Virus record (IMG/VR): IMGVR_UViG_3300020191_000010
Coordinates: 660 to 64,659 of that record
Direction: 5' to 3' (one strand)
Length of the DNA: 64,000 nucleotides
From: a virus
Lineage: Duplodnaviria > Caudoviricetes
This document shows, in pieces, positions 1 to 8,975 of the stretch. Below the pieces are notes generated by a model that searched no databases, was not told the origin of the DNA, and saw nothing but the letters and a program-made list of their open reading frames with translations. The position numbers and the translations under genes were made by a program. How positions within the stretch are numbered: the stretch's first letter is position 1; each line of letters opens with the position of its first letter.

Positions 1-744
1 GCAAATGTTATTGAATGGTGCGGTTGGTGTGCAGTTGATGTAGACGATTATAAATTTGATGGTGAATTAAAAGATGCAATCCTTAATCATACCCGTAACT
101 GGCGTTTCGTTTGTTATTCTACTGCTAGCAGTACTCTCGATTATCCGAAGTTTAGACTTGTATTTCCACTTAAAAGAAAAATATCGAATAAGGAAATTCC
201 TCGTTTCAACTTTGCGTTACAGAATGCACTCGGAGGAATCGGAGATGAACAAACAAAAGATCTTGCTAGAATGTATTACATTCCTGCTAATTATGTCGGG
301 GCTAACAATTTTATCTTCTCTCACGATGGCGATTATGTTGATCCAGATGCTTTAATAAAGGAATTCCCTTATGCCGAAAAAACCAATTCAAGCAAATTCT
401 TTGATCGACTCCCAGAAGAACTCCAAAGACAAATCGTCGAGCACAGAAAATCAAGAATGGACAACACTGACATACGGTGGACGTCCTATCGCGACTGTCC
501 CTTCTTCCCTCGTAATCTCGAAAAAGAATACAGAGTCATAAGCAATACCGGTTGGTATCATAAAATGTATCAGATAATGGTTGCTATTGCTGGTAATGCT
601 ATTAAGAAAGAATATCCTATTACTGCAGATGAAATAGCTTCCCTTTGTAGAGAATTAGATATGGAAACTGGTAATTGGTATAAAAGTAGACCACTAGATA
701 AAGAAGCAGATCGTGCACTTGAATACGTTTATAGAAACATTTGA
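1..744 (+). CDS. Primase/prim-pol-like protein (AEP-type with PriCT-like C-terminus), 5'-truncated by the window
   Basis: Frame 1 is open from base 1 (ANVIEWCGWCAVDVDD...YSTASS...PKFRLVFPL) and runs into the listed 271..744 ORF. The DxD and 'ST.S....PKFRLVFPL' motifs resemble phage AEP primases. Confidence 0.55.
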   Translation, partial: ANVIEWCGWCAVDVDDYKFDGELKDAILNHTRNWRFVCYSTASSTLDYPKFRLVFPLKRKISNKEIPRFNFALQNALGGIGDEQTKDLARMYYIPANYVGANNFIFSHDGDYVDPDALIKEFPYAEKTNSSKFFDRLPEELQRQIVEHRKSRMDNTDIRWTSYRDCPFFPRNLEKEYRVISNTGWYHKMYQIMVAIAGNAIKKEYPITADEIASLCRELDMETGNWYKSRPLDKEADRALEYVYRNI

Positions 745-1159
745 TATTAGAGATATAGATCCGGATCTTCTTAAATCCCGAGCTAAAGCCGAGGCTGATA
801 GAGTGTGGAAGCCCTATCAGAATAGATCTTGGAAAGATGCTTATATTAGTTGTCTTCAAGGTGGCGTTGCGGAAATACATGTGATATCTCAAGGATATAA
901 GGATGATCCAAGACCATTTTTAGATCAAATTAATCTAGAAGGCGATACTATTGATAATAAAGTTCTAGATTGTACAGATAAACCTCAGGCCTGGCTAGAT
1001 GCCGGCATTAGAAGAATACTGAATGATATGACAGAAAAGAAGTTTAAATACGGTGATGGGGTGGCAAATCAGATATACTTCTGGGTTATACGGAATAGGT
1101 ATACGTGTAAATTACATAGGATATTTAAATGGTCAAATAATGATAAAAAATTCAAATAA
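713..1159 (+). CDS. Hypothetical protein, possibly PD-(D/E)xK nuclease fold
   Basis: 148-aa ORF with a G..AE / D / DxK pattern. Confidence 0.4.
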   Translation: MHLNTFIETFDIRDIDPDLLKSRAKAEADRVWKPYQNRSWKDAYISCLQGGVAEIHVISQGYKDDPRPFLDQINLEGDTIDNKVLDCTDKPQAWLDAGIRRILNDMTEKKFKYGDGVANQIYFWVIRNRYTCKLHRIFKWSNNDKKFK

Positions 1160-1168
1160 AATGAATTT

Positions 1169-1229
1169 AGGGGGTTTACATTCCTAAAAAGCTATGATAT
1201 AATATACTAGTAAAATAGGAATTAGGAGA
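1169..1229 (+). promoter_or_regulatory. Early sigma70-type promoter cassette
   Basis: AGGGGG-TTTACA (1175-1180), N17, TATAAT (1198-1203), then an AGGAG RBS. Confidence 0.85.
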
Positions 1230-1234
1230 TTCAA

Positions 1235-1516
1235 ATGTACAAGTTTTTAGAAAATGTAGTTGCTCTAGAACAAAGCCTGATGCAGGACGTTATCGAATAC
1301 GAAGGTGTTGATCAGGGTATGGCTAATATGTATGCTCAAGATCGCAACGATGTTATTGAAGCTAAGTCTCTCTACTTTGCTGGTAAAGCAGAAGAATTCA
1401 GCAGACACATTGATCGTCTAGATACTTCTATCCGTGAAGGTATCGTGGTTGCTTTTGCTAAAGATCTTGGCAAAGATTGGGTTTTGAAGAATCTTGGTTA
1501 TGAGGTATATGCGTAA
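1235..1516 (+). CDS. Hypothetical early protein
   Basis: ORF with RBS directly after the promoter. Confidence 0.75.
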   Translation: MYKFLENVVALEQSLMQDVIEYEGVDQGMANMYAQDRNDVIEAKSLYFAGKAEEFSRHIDRLDTSIREGIVVAFAKDLGKDWVLKNLGYEVYA

Positions 1517-1731
1517 TGAAAAATACTATTCAAGTTGGTGATCTTATTAGTACCAGACATGGTACATCTAAAATCAAAAAGATTGAACTATGCGAAAAGC
1601 CTGGTGAAAAATATGGCATTCCTGTAAAAAGGGTATTTACAAATCTCCTAGATCGTGTTATAATAGATCTAGAAAATGGACACTGGACATATGGTTCAGA
1701 TGCGGAGGTTATTAATGAAAGAGTCTCTTAA
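1516..1731 (+). CDS. Hypothetical protein
   Basis: TAATG-coupled to the upstream ORF. Confidence 0.7.
   Translation: MKNTIQVGDLISTRHGTSKIKKIELCEKPGEKYGIPVKRVFTNLLDRVIIDLENGHWTYGSDAEVINERVS
1636..1664 (+). promoter_or_regulatory. Sigma70-type promoter upstream of the nucleotide-modification operon
   Basis: TTTACA-N17-TATAAT. Confidence 0.6.
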
Positions 1732-2074
1732 AGTACTTCAGCGTGCTGCTGAAATACAAACACAAAAAAGTAACGATTATCAGAATCCAAGTTCTCGTAT
1801 TCGTCAGGCTATGTACTATCCTCGTGGCTGTGCAACTATTACTGATATTATGCTAGGTAAAATACTTCGTATCCAATCTGTACTTGAAGCTATGGAACAA
1901 GATCCTAGCTATACACCTAACTTCGAATCGCTCGAAGATTCTTGTGTAGATCTTATTAATTATTCTTCCTTCTTTGTAGCCTATATGAAAGGTGGTATTG
2001 AAGGTCAAGATCCTAATAATGATTTTCTAAATAGACCAAGGGTACAAAATACAAATGAACAGAGTGACGAGTAA
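1676..2074 (+). CDS. Nucleotide-modification-associated helical protein (Nmad1/DUF1599-like, MazG-related); likely start ATG 1715
   Basis: 'K..DY', 'K..R', 'ESLEDSCVDLINYS.F' motifs; adjacent to the TS homologue. Confidence 0.6.
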   Translation: MDTGHMVQMRRLLMKESLKVLQRAAEIQTQKSNDYQNPSSRIRQAMYYPRGCATITDIMLGKILRIQSVLEAMEQDPSYTPNFESLEDSCVDLINYSSFFVAYMKGGIEGQDPNNDFLNRPRVQNTNEQSDE

Positions 2075-2792
2075 AGACCTAGGTGAAGGTTTATATAAAT
2101 TAAGGCATTTGCTTTATCACCAAGGATATGAAATTCAAACAGCATCGTGGCAGGGTACCGAGTCTCCTCCTATTTTCCTCGAAGTACTTCATGCTGATTT
2201 GATATCAAAGATGAGTGACGATCCTGATGAGGCGTCCGATCTTTGCAATGCCACACAACCTTGGGCTAACACCCATTTCGAAGAACGTGTAGGTGGCTCT
2301 CCTCTCAACCCTCCGCCATCACACGTTATGTGGCTGAAGGACACTGATCAGTACCTATCTGGCCAGGCCTTCAGCCACTCATATCCAGAACGTATGTGGG
2401 CACCAAAAAGACCTGGCATACGATTCGAAACTGGTAATCTGAATGATGCAGTTGAACTTCTTAAGAAAGATCCTACTACTCGGCAGTGTTATATTCCTAT
2501 GTGGTTTCCTGAAGATCTAACTGCTGCAAATCAAGGTGAACGTGTACCCTGTTCTTTTGGTTGGCACTTTATTGAACGTGGCGATGAACTACATTGTTCA
2601 TATCATATGCGTTCATGCGACGTAGTACGCCACTTACATAATGACCTATACTTTGCAAATAGACTTGGTTTATGGTTAATTGAAAAAGCTGGATTAAATT
2701 GTAAAATGGGTTATTTACATTTTAGTTCAACTAGTTTACATTGTTTCCTGAATGATAGATATTCATTAGGAAGACTGATTGGAGTTAATTAA
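2055..2792 (+). CDS. Thymidylate-synthase-family protein, dCMP hydroxymethylase/methylase-like
   Basis: Catalytic 'PC' (ERVPCS), 'MRSCDVVRHLHND' and 'SLHCF'. Asp occupies the position of ThyA Asn177, as in T4 gp42. Confidence 0.8.
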   Translation: MNRVTSKDLGEGLYKLRHLLYHQGYEIQTASWQGTESPPIFLEVLHADLISKMSDDPDEASDLCNATQPWANTHFEERVGGSPLNPPPSHVMWLKDTDQYLSGQAFSHSYPERMWAPKRPGIRFETGNLNDAVELLKKDPTTRQCYIPMWFPEDLTAANQGERVPCSFGWHFIERGDELHCSYHMRSCDVVRHLHNDLYFANRLGLWLIEKAGLNCKMGYLHFSSTSLHCFLNDRYSLGRLIGVN

Positions 2793-4087
2793 TGTGTGGT
2801 TTTGTAGCATATCCTACTGGTAGAAATCCTGAATCTGTTATTCGCAATATTGGATATCGTGGCCTTCCAGAATTTATTGGCCATAGAGAATTCGAAGGAT
2901 TTACCTTTGCGCATATTGCATTACCATTTGTTAATCTAGATCCAGATATTGCTATACAGCCAGTTGGTGATGACTTCCCTGGTTTATTTGTTGGCGAAAT
3001 ATTTAATTTTAATTCTGAAAAATATGAAACAGATGCCCAACAAATCCATGACGATTTCTTTTATGGTGAATTTGGTTTCGATTCATTAATGAATTATGAT
3101 GGATTCTTTACCTATGTTACTGTAATGGGTGATTACTTATTTGGTATAACAGATCATCTCGGTATTAAGCCTCTCTATTATCGTACTGATATGGAAGCAA
3201 TGGCATCTGAAATCGATGTACTAAAACTCTTTGGCCCAGTTACAATCGATGAAACATTTATGTCAAATACTTTAAAGTGGGGTTATTCACCAGATCCAAG
3301 AACACCATTTAATGAAATTAAACAGCTTCCACCTGGTCATTTTATCCATCAAGGTGTTATACATAATTATTGGGATTGGGAAAAAGTTAAAACCGATACC
3401 TTATATAATGATATGAAACGTTCAGTTGTATCCAGACTTAGTGGTCAAAGAGAAGTTTCTATGCTACTATCAGGCGGATTAGATTCTAGTATTATACATG
3501 GTCTTCTCAAAGAGATTGGTCATGACATTACCTGTATCCATGTAGAAAATCACGAAAAAGACTTTGCACATCTTGTATCAGATAATCTTGTTGAGGTAAC
3601 ACTTGATGATGTATCTGATGAGGAAGCAGTTAGTATTCATCAATCACCGGTAGATCTTGGTTCAGTTAAACCACAGATTGCTATGGCTAGAAAGCTACGC
3701 GAATTAGGTTTCCATGCAGTTATGACTGGCGATGGCGCAGATGAATTATTCGGTGGATATAGACGTGCAAAAGAATATGATAGTCAGTATTCCGATACAT
3801 TTGTCGAACTACCATACTATCATCTTCCCAAACTAGATCGGACTATGATGAGATCTACAATCGAACTTCGTGCGCCATTCCTGGCACCATATATTGTTAA
3901 ACATGCATTGAATACGCCTTATTCACTTCGCAATGGTGAAAAGAAAGTCTTAAAAGAAGTATTCAAAGATATTGTTCCTAAGGAGATTCTGAATCGTGAA
4001 AAGCATCCTCTCAAAACTGACAAGATCAGAAAAGACCCAATCGATCAAAGAATCATCAACGACGGAATCTTTAGAACAATCCAATAA
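2792..4087 (+). CDS. Asparagine-synthetase-B-like glutamine amidotransferase
   Basis: N-terminal MCG (Ntn Cys), 'D.LGIKPLYY', PP-loop 'LSGGLDSS', 'TGDGADELFGGY', 'ELRAPFL'. Confidence 0.9.
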   Translation: MCGFVAYPTGRNPESVIRNIGYRGLPEFIGHREFEGFTFAHIALPFVNLDPDIAIQPVGDDFPGLFVGEIFNFNSEKYETDAQQIHDDFFYGEFGFDSLMNYDGFFTYVTVMGDYLFGITDHLGIKPLYYRTDMEAMASEIDVLKLFGPVTIDETFMSNTLKWGYSPDPRTPFNEIKQLPPGHFIHQGVIHNYWDWEKVKTDTLYNDMKRSVVSRLSGQREVSMLLSGGLDSSIIHGLLKEIGHDITCIHVENHEKDFAHLVSDNLVEVTLDDVSDEEAVSIHQSPVDLGSVKPQIAMARKLRELGFHAVMTGDGADELFGGYRRAKEYDSQYSDTFVELPYYHLPKLDRTMMRSTIELRAPFLAPYIVKHALNTPYSLRNGEKKVLKEVFKDIVPKEILNREKHPLKTDKIRKDPIDQRIINDGIFRTIQ

Positions 4088-4535
4088 ATGGGATAAAAGA
4101 TATATGCAGCTGGCTAAAGAAGCTGCTAGTTGGTCGAAAGATCCTTCAACTAAAATTGGTGCAGTTTGTATTGGATCTAAAGGTCAAGTATTATCTACAG
4201 GCTATAATGGGTTTCCCCGGGGTATAGACGATAGTCTTACTCGTTACTATGATCGGGAATTAAAATATAAAATGGTAGTTCACGCAGAAATGAATGCCAT
4301 TTTTAATGCAACATACAACGGTGTTTCACTCGATGGATCAACAATGTATGTTCATGGATTACCTGTTTGTTCAGATTGTGCAAAAGGTATTATCCAAGTC
4401 GGCGTCAAGAGAATTGTTATGGACGGATCAATTCCAGATAGGTGGAAAGACTCTTGGCAATTAACACAAAAAATGTTTAACGAAGCAAATGTTAAATGGG
4501 AGTTAACCAATGTCAGCAACCCAAGAATGGATTAA
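3996..4535 (+). CDS. cd: dCMP deaminase
   Basis: 'SKDPSTKIGA', 'GYNGFPRG', 'HAEMNA', 'PVCSDC'. GTG start with AGGAG 10 nt upstream. Confidence 0.92.
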   Translation: MKSILSKLTRSEKTQSIKESSTTESLEQSNKWDKRYMQLAKEAASWSKDPSTKIGAVCIGSKGQVLSTGYNGFPRGIDDSLTRYYDRELKYKMVVHAEMNAIFNATYNGVSLDGSTMYVHGLPVCSDCAKGIIQVGVKRIVMDGSIPDRWKDSWQLTQKMFNEANVKWELTNVSNPRMD

Positions 4536-4686
4536 AAAGCAGTATCAAAATGAGCGCGGCGTCGTAGGTGAAAATGTGGAATACACAAATATGCGATTAA
4601 GCAGAGAAGCTATGGATTTAAAAGAAAGGGTTAAGAAACTAGAAACTGACATGGCATTTTTAATAAAAGAAAAAAATGAAGAATAA
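4510..4686 (+). CDS. Small hypothetical coiled-coil protein (58 aa; not in the ORF track)
   Basis: MSATQEWIKKQY...KEKNEE*, GGAG upstream, fills the gap between cd and the UDG-like gene. Confidence 0.55.
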   Translation: MSATQEWIKKQYQNERGVVGENVEYTNMRLSREAMDLKERVKKLETDMAFLIKEKNEE

Positions 4687-5032
4687 AATCCTAATCATTG
4701 GACATAGTCCAGCCAAAAAGAATATACTTAAGTCTCCTACTATGAAAAGACTTCATAAGTGGATGGATGAATGTGGTATCGATTTCTATGGCTTTACTAA
4801 TCTTTGTTATGAACCTAAGGCGAAGCTAAAAGAAGAAGATATCTTTTTGACTGATATGTCTGGTCACAGGATTATAGCATTAGGAGGATTCGTTTCCAAA
4901 TATTTAAATAAATTGGGTGTGGAGCACTTTGCTGCTCCGCATCCATCACCATTGAATAGAAACCTAAATGATAAATCATTTGAAAATAAAATTATTAATG
5001 AATTAAAGGTTTACACTCAGGCTATATTATGA
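4676..5032 (+). CDS. Minimal uracil-DNA glycosylase superfamily protein
   Basis: 'ILIIGHSP', 'FTNL', 'IIALG', 'PHPSPLNR'. Confidence 0.75.
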   Translation: MKNKILIIGHSPAKKNILKSPTMKRLHKWMDECGIDFYGFTNLCYEPKAKLKEEDIFLTDMSGHRIIALGGFVSKYLNKLGVEHFAAPHPSPLNRNLNDKSFENKIINELKVYTQAIL

Positions 5033-5038
5033 TATAAT
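5010..5038 (+). promoter_or_regulatory. Sigma70-type promoter for uvsX
   Basis: TTTACA-N17-TATAAT. Confidence 0.7.
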
Positions 5039-5063
5039 ATGTACATCAATTCAGGAGAGATAT

Positions 5064-6098
5064 ATGAGTATTATGGATAAACTCAAAAAGAATAGTAAGA
5101 TCAAAGAAACTTCTATTCTTGCAGATTCGAAATTTTTTAATAGCCAGGATATGGTACCAACAGACGTTCCTATGATTAATGTTGCCCTATCCGGTTCCGT
5201 GGATGGCGGACTTGCGCCAGGACTTACAGTACTAGCTGGCCCATCCAAACACTTTAAGACTTCCTTCGGTCTTATTATGGCATCAGCTTACTTGAAAAAG
5301 TATCCTGATGCCGTAATACTTTTCTATGATTCAGAATTTGGTTCTCCGCAATCTTATTTTGAACAATTTGATATCGATACATCACGAGTACTTCATACAC
5401 CTATTACAGATGTAGAAGTATTAAAATTCGATATTATTGGCCAGCTAGAAGAACTAGATCGTAATGATAAGGTTATTATTATGATCGATTCTATCGGCAA
5501 CTTGGCTTCAAAGAAAGAAATGGAAGATGCGATTAACGAGAAATCGGTTGCTGATATGTCACGCGCGAAAGCCCTTAAAGGTCTTTTCCGTATGGTTACG
5601 CCGTATCTTAACATGAAAGATATTCCACTCATTGCTATCAATCATACATATCAAGAGATGGGATTATTCCCTAAAGCAATTGTTTCTGGTGGTACTGGTA
5701 TTTATTACAGTGCAAATAATATCTGGATTCTTGGTCGTCAACAAGACAAACAAGGTACAGAGATTAAAGGCTACCACTTTGTAATTAATGTGGAGAAATC
5801 GCGTTATGTTAGGGAAAAGTCAAAGATTCCTATTTCGGTGTCTTGGGAAGGTGGAGTACAAAAGTGGTCTGGTCTTCTTGACGTTGCTCTCGAAGGTAAA
5901 TATGTTGCTAAGCCGTCTAATGGCTGGTATTGCAGGGTTAGCCGGGAGACTGGTGAATTACTTGAGCCAAAAGTACGAGAAAAACAAACACTAGAAGAAG
6001 AATTCTGGTTACCTATTTTAGAAGAAACCGATTTTAAAGAGTTCTTAAAGACTAGGTATTGTATTGGTAACTCTTTAATTCAACCGGAGGAATGCTAG
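5064..6098 (+). CDS. uvsX: UvsX RecA-like recombinase
   Basis: 'AGPSKHFKT', 'YDSEFG', 'DSIGNLASKKE', 'DMSRAK', 'GGTGIYYSA'. Confidence 0.97.
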   Translation: MSIMDKLKKNSKIKETSILADSKFFNSQDMVPTDVPMINVALSGSVDGGLAPGLTVLAGPSKHFKTSFGLIMASAYLKKYPDAVILFYDSEFGSPQSYFEQFDIDTSRVLHTPITDVEVLKFDIIGQLEELDRNDKVIIMIDSIGNLASKKEMEDAINEKSVADMSRAKALKGLFRMVTPYLNMKDIPLIAINHTYQEMGLFPKAIVSGGTGIYYSANNIWILGRQQDKQGTEIKGYHFVINVEKSRYVREKSKIPISVSWEGGVQKWSGLLDVALEGKYVAKPSNGWYCRVSRETGELLEPKVREKQTLEEEFWLPILEETDFKEFLKTRYCIGNSLIQPEEC

Positions 6099-6409
6099 TG
6101 TCTTTAGACTTACAAAGAAAGTCTGAAGGGGTACATTATGAGTTGATCCCTTCAGATGAACATGAACAGGCCTGGAACGTACGTATTCTAGAAGGTGACT
6201 TTGTTGAGACAGTACTTCAGTATGGAGCTATCTCTTTTAACAAAGTTCGCGAAGGTGAGATGAATTTTAATTTTTCAATTGTATCTACACCAGACCAGGA
6301 CCTGGAAGTTAGTAACTTAGATCTACAAGAGGAAGCAGGTGATATACTTCAATCTGTTATTGCACAGGCTATTTCTGATGGATCATTAATGACAAAGGAA
6401 GAAGAATAG
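6092..6409 (+). CDS. Hypothetical protein, positionally like T4 gp40
   Basis: Acidic ~105-aa ORF between uvsX and gene 41. Confidence 0.45.
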   Translation: MLVSLDLQRKSEGVHYELIPSDEHEQAWNVRILEGDFVETVLQYGAISFNKVREGEMNFNFSIVSTPDQDLEVSNLDLQEEAGDILQSVIAQAISDGSLMTKEEE

Positions 6410-6411
6410 AT

Positions 6412-6603
6412 ATGGCACTAACATCAGATATTGATCGTATTATTATGTTAATGGAAGAAATAGCATATGCAGAATCTCAGCTCCAACCTCATGATACAGG
6501 TCATATTAATACTGCAATTGCTTGGATGCAAAAAAGAGTAAACGAAATCAAGGATAAATCTAAAAATGAAAATTCTAGTTATGGGCCTGCCGGGCGCAGG
6601 TAA
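6412..6603 (+). CDS. Hypothetical protein
   Basis: Tightly packed ORF. Confidence 0.6.
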   Translation: MALTSDIDRIIMLMEEIAYAESQLQPHDTGHINTAIAWMQKRVNEIKDKSKNENSSYGPAGRR

Positions 6604-6982
6604 AACCTGGCTATCAGAAAGACTACAAAAATATTTAGGATCAGCATGGTATAATGCAGATAAAGTTCGCGAGATGGCGAATGATTGGGACTTCTCTCCT
6701 GAAGGTAGGGTAAGACAGGCAAATCGAATGAAGACATTCGCTGACTATGAAAAATCTCATGGTCGATATGTCATCTGCGATTTTGTCTGTCCTACTCGAC
6801 AAACAAGAGACGCCTTTAATCCAGATCTAGTCATTTGGTTAAATACTATCGAAGAAGGAAGGTTTGAAGATACAAATAATATGTTTGAAAAACCTGAACT
6901 AGTTGATTGGGTAGTAGAAGGATTCTTATCCGATAGAGAAATCGAAGAAATCGCTACAGAAATAAAGGGTTACGGTGTATAA
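6566..6982 (+). CDS. Adenylyl-sulfate-kinase-like P-loop kinase
   Basis: 'GLPGAGKT', 'NADKVR', 'DFSPEGR', 'DFVCP'. Confidence 0.75.
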   Translation: MKILVMGLPGAGKTWLSERLQKYLGSAWYNADKVREMANDWDFSPEGRVRQANRMKTFADYEKSHGRYVICDFVCPTRQTRDAFNPDLVIWLNTIEEGRFEDTNNMFEKPELVDWVVEGFLSDREIEEIATEIKGYGV

Positions 6983-7418
6983 AATGGCTGATATTATTAT
7001 TAAAGAATTCGACTGGAAAAATCCAACAGTACAGATGCTTGGGCGTTGGCAACCATGGCATGATGGTCATTCAGAACTATTTAAAAGATGCCATGCTATG
7101 ACTGGACAAGTAGCTATTATGATCCGTACAGTACCAGAATCACGCGAAGCAAATTCACGTGTTCCTGGTCAAGATGATAATCCATTTGATATTAAAACTG
7201 TAAAAGAAAATATTCGTTTGGGATTAAAAAAAGAAGGGTTTACAGAAGACGAAGATTACGTTATAATGATCGTACCAAACATCGTTGACATTGGATATGG
7301 ACGTGGCGTTGGGTATACATTTACAGAACACGATCTTGGAAAAGAAGTACATTCTATTTCAGCTACTAAGATTCGTGAACAGATGAGGGAAGAAGGTAAA
7401 CTTGCAAAAAAACATTGA
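6975..7418 (+). CDS. HxGH (cytidylyltransferase-like) nucleotidyltransferase
   Basis: 'GRWQPWHDGH' and 'ISATKIR'. Confidence 0.8.
   Translation: MYKMADIIIKEFDWKNPTVQMLGRWQPWHDGHSELFKRCHAMTGQVAIMIRTVPESREANSRVPGQDDNPFDIKTVKENIRLGLKKEGFTEDEDYVIMIVPNIVDIGYGRGVGYTFTEHDLGKEVHSISATKIREQMREEGKLAKKH
7239..7267 (+). promoter_or_regulatory. Possible internal promoter for gene 41
   Basis: GGG-TTTACA-N17-TATAAT. Confidence 0.5.
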
Positions 7419-8769
7419 ACAGACTATTCTTCGTAATCTTTTAACAGACGAAAATTATATGCGGAAAGTTCTTCCGTTTATAAAGCCAGATTACTTCGAA
7501 GGTGTCTATCGTATATTATTTAAAGAAGCCGGTAAGTTTGTTGGAAAGTATAATAAGCTCCCAACTTCGGAATCGTTTATTATTGAACTTGATCAATCTG
7601 ATAGACTTACCGGTGAACAGTATTCTTTAGCGAATGATATTATTCCACATCTTTTTTCCAGAGAAGAAATTGATGAAAATTGGCTATTAGATACAACTGA
7701 AAAATGGTGTCAAGATAGAGCAATCTATAATGCTATTATGGAATCAATTACTATTATTGATGGTAAGCATGATTCCCTAACAAAAAATGCTTTACCTGAT
7801 CTTTTACAAAAAGCATTAGGTGTTGGATTTGATACTAATATTGGTCACGACTATATTGAAAATGTAGAAGAACGTTATGAATTTTATCATACAGAAGAAG
7901 ATCGTATACCATTTGATCTTCAGTATTTTAACAAGATTACAAAAGGTGGTGTACCAAATAAAACACTCAACATTGCCCTTGCAGGTACTGGCGTTGGCAA
8001 GTCTTTATTCATGTGTCATGTTGCTGCTAGTGCTTTGGTAGAAGGTAAGAATGTTCTTTACATCACGATGGAAATGGCAGAAGAACGTATTGCAGAACGT
8101 ATCGATGCAAATCTATTGAATATTCCTATTGATCAATTATCAAATGTTTCGAAAACAGATTTTACCCAAAAGGTTGCAAATCTTGCTAAGAAGACAACAG
8201 GTAAGCTAATTGTAAAAGAATATCCTACAGGATCAGCACATTCGGGTCATTTCCGTGCACTCTTAAATGAATTAAAACTAAAGAAACAATTTGAACCGGA
8301 TATTATCTTTATTGATTATCTTAATATTTGTTCATCATCAAGAATGAAAGGAATGGGTGGTGCTATCAATTCTTACACATATGTTAAAGCAATTGCAGAA
8401 GAACTCCGTGGTCTTGCGGTGGAATTCGATGTACCTGTTTTTAGCGCTACTCAGACTACGCGTTCTGGCTTTTCGAATTCGGATGTTGGTCTGGAGGACA
8501 CGTCTGAATCGTTTGGTCTCCCTGCCACGGCTGATCTTATGTTTGCTCTTGTTTCGACTGAGGAACTAGAAAAACAAGGACAAATAATGGTAAAACAGTT
8601 AAAGAATAGATATAATGATCCGACACTTCATAAGAGATTCGTTCTTGGCGTAGATCGTTCTAAAATGCGTCTTTATGATGTTGATGAAAACGAACAGGAT
8701 CTTACTGATGATACACCGGTCTTTGATAGAACAGAAGCAGGACAAAGATTTAAGGATTTTAAGCTATGA
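7402..8769 (+). CDS. 41: Replicative DNA helicase gp41
   Basis: 'AGTGVGKS', 'EMAEERIAERIDAN', 'KEYPT', 'IDYLNI', 'SESFGLP', 'QLKNRY'. Confidence 0.97.
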   Translation: MQKNIEQTILRNLLTDENYMRKVLPFIKPDYFEGVYRILFKEAGKFVGKYNKLPTSESFIIELDQSDRLTGEQYSLANDIIPHLFSREEIDENWLLDTTEKWCQDRAIYNAIMESITIIDGKHDSLTKNALPDLLQKALGVGFDTNIGHDYIENVEERYEFYHTEEDRIPFDLQYFNKITKGGVPNKTLNIALAGTGVGKSLFMCHVAASALVEGKNVLYITMEMAEERIAERIDANLLNIPIDQLSNVSKTDFTQKVANLAKKTTGKLIVKEYPTGSAHSGHFRALLNELKLKKQFEPDIIFIDYLNICSSSRMKGMGGAINSYTYVKAIAEELRGLAVEFDVPVFSATQTTRSGFSNSDVGLEDTSESFGLPATADLMFALVSTEELEKQGQIMVKQLKNRYNDPTLHKRFVLGVDRSKMRLYDVDENEQDLTDDTPVFDRTEAGQRFKDFKL

Positions 8770-8975
8770 AATATAAAAATTACGAATTAAGTACCTATTG
8801 GGGTGATGAAGAATATCATGATAGAAAAGCAAACGTTATGCGAAATAATAAAGGATTCTACGTAGAATTATATAAAGGGGAAGAACTAATTGAAGTTCGA
8901 ACCTTATATGACCATAGTGAAATCTATGCAGAGAATGCTGCAGAAAACTATGTGATAGGAATTTTAAATCCATGA
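8766..8975 (+). CDS. Hypothetical protein
   Basis: ATGA overlaps at both ends. Confidence 0.7.
   Translation: MKYKNYELSTYWGDEEYHDRKANVMRNNKGFYVELYKGEELIEVRTLYDHSEIYAENAAENYVIGILNP

Noticed and set aside
74-355. 93-aa hydrophobic ORF
   Set aside because: It overlaps, out of frame, the primase-like reading frame that is open from base 1.
2055-2792. Canonical thymidylate synthase thyA/td
   Set aside because: It has Asp rather than Asn at the specificity position, a divergent N-terminus, and ThyX is present separately.
3996-4090. Frameshift fusion of the AsnB-like gene to dCMP deaminase
   Set aside because: There is no ATG near the deaminase core, but GTG 3996 has AGGAG 10 nt upstream, so a 92-nt overlap explains it without recoding.
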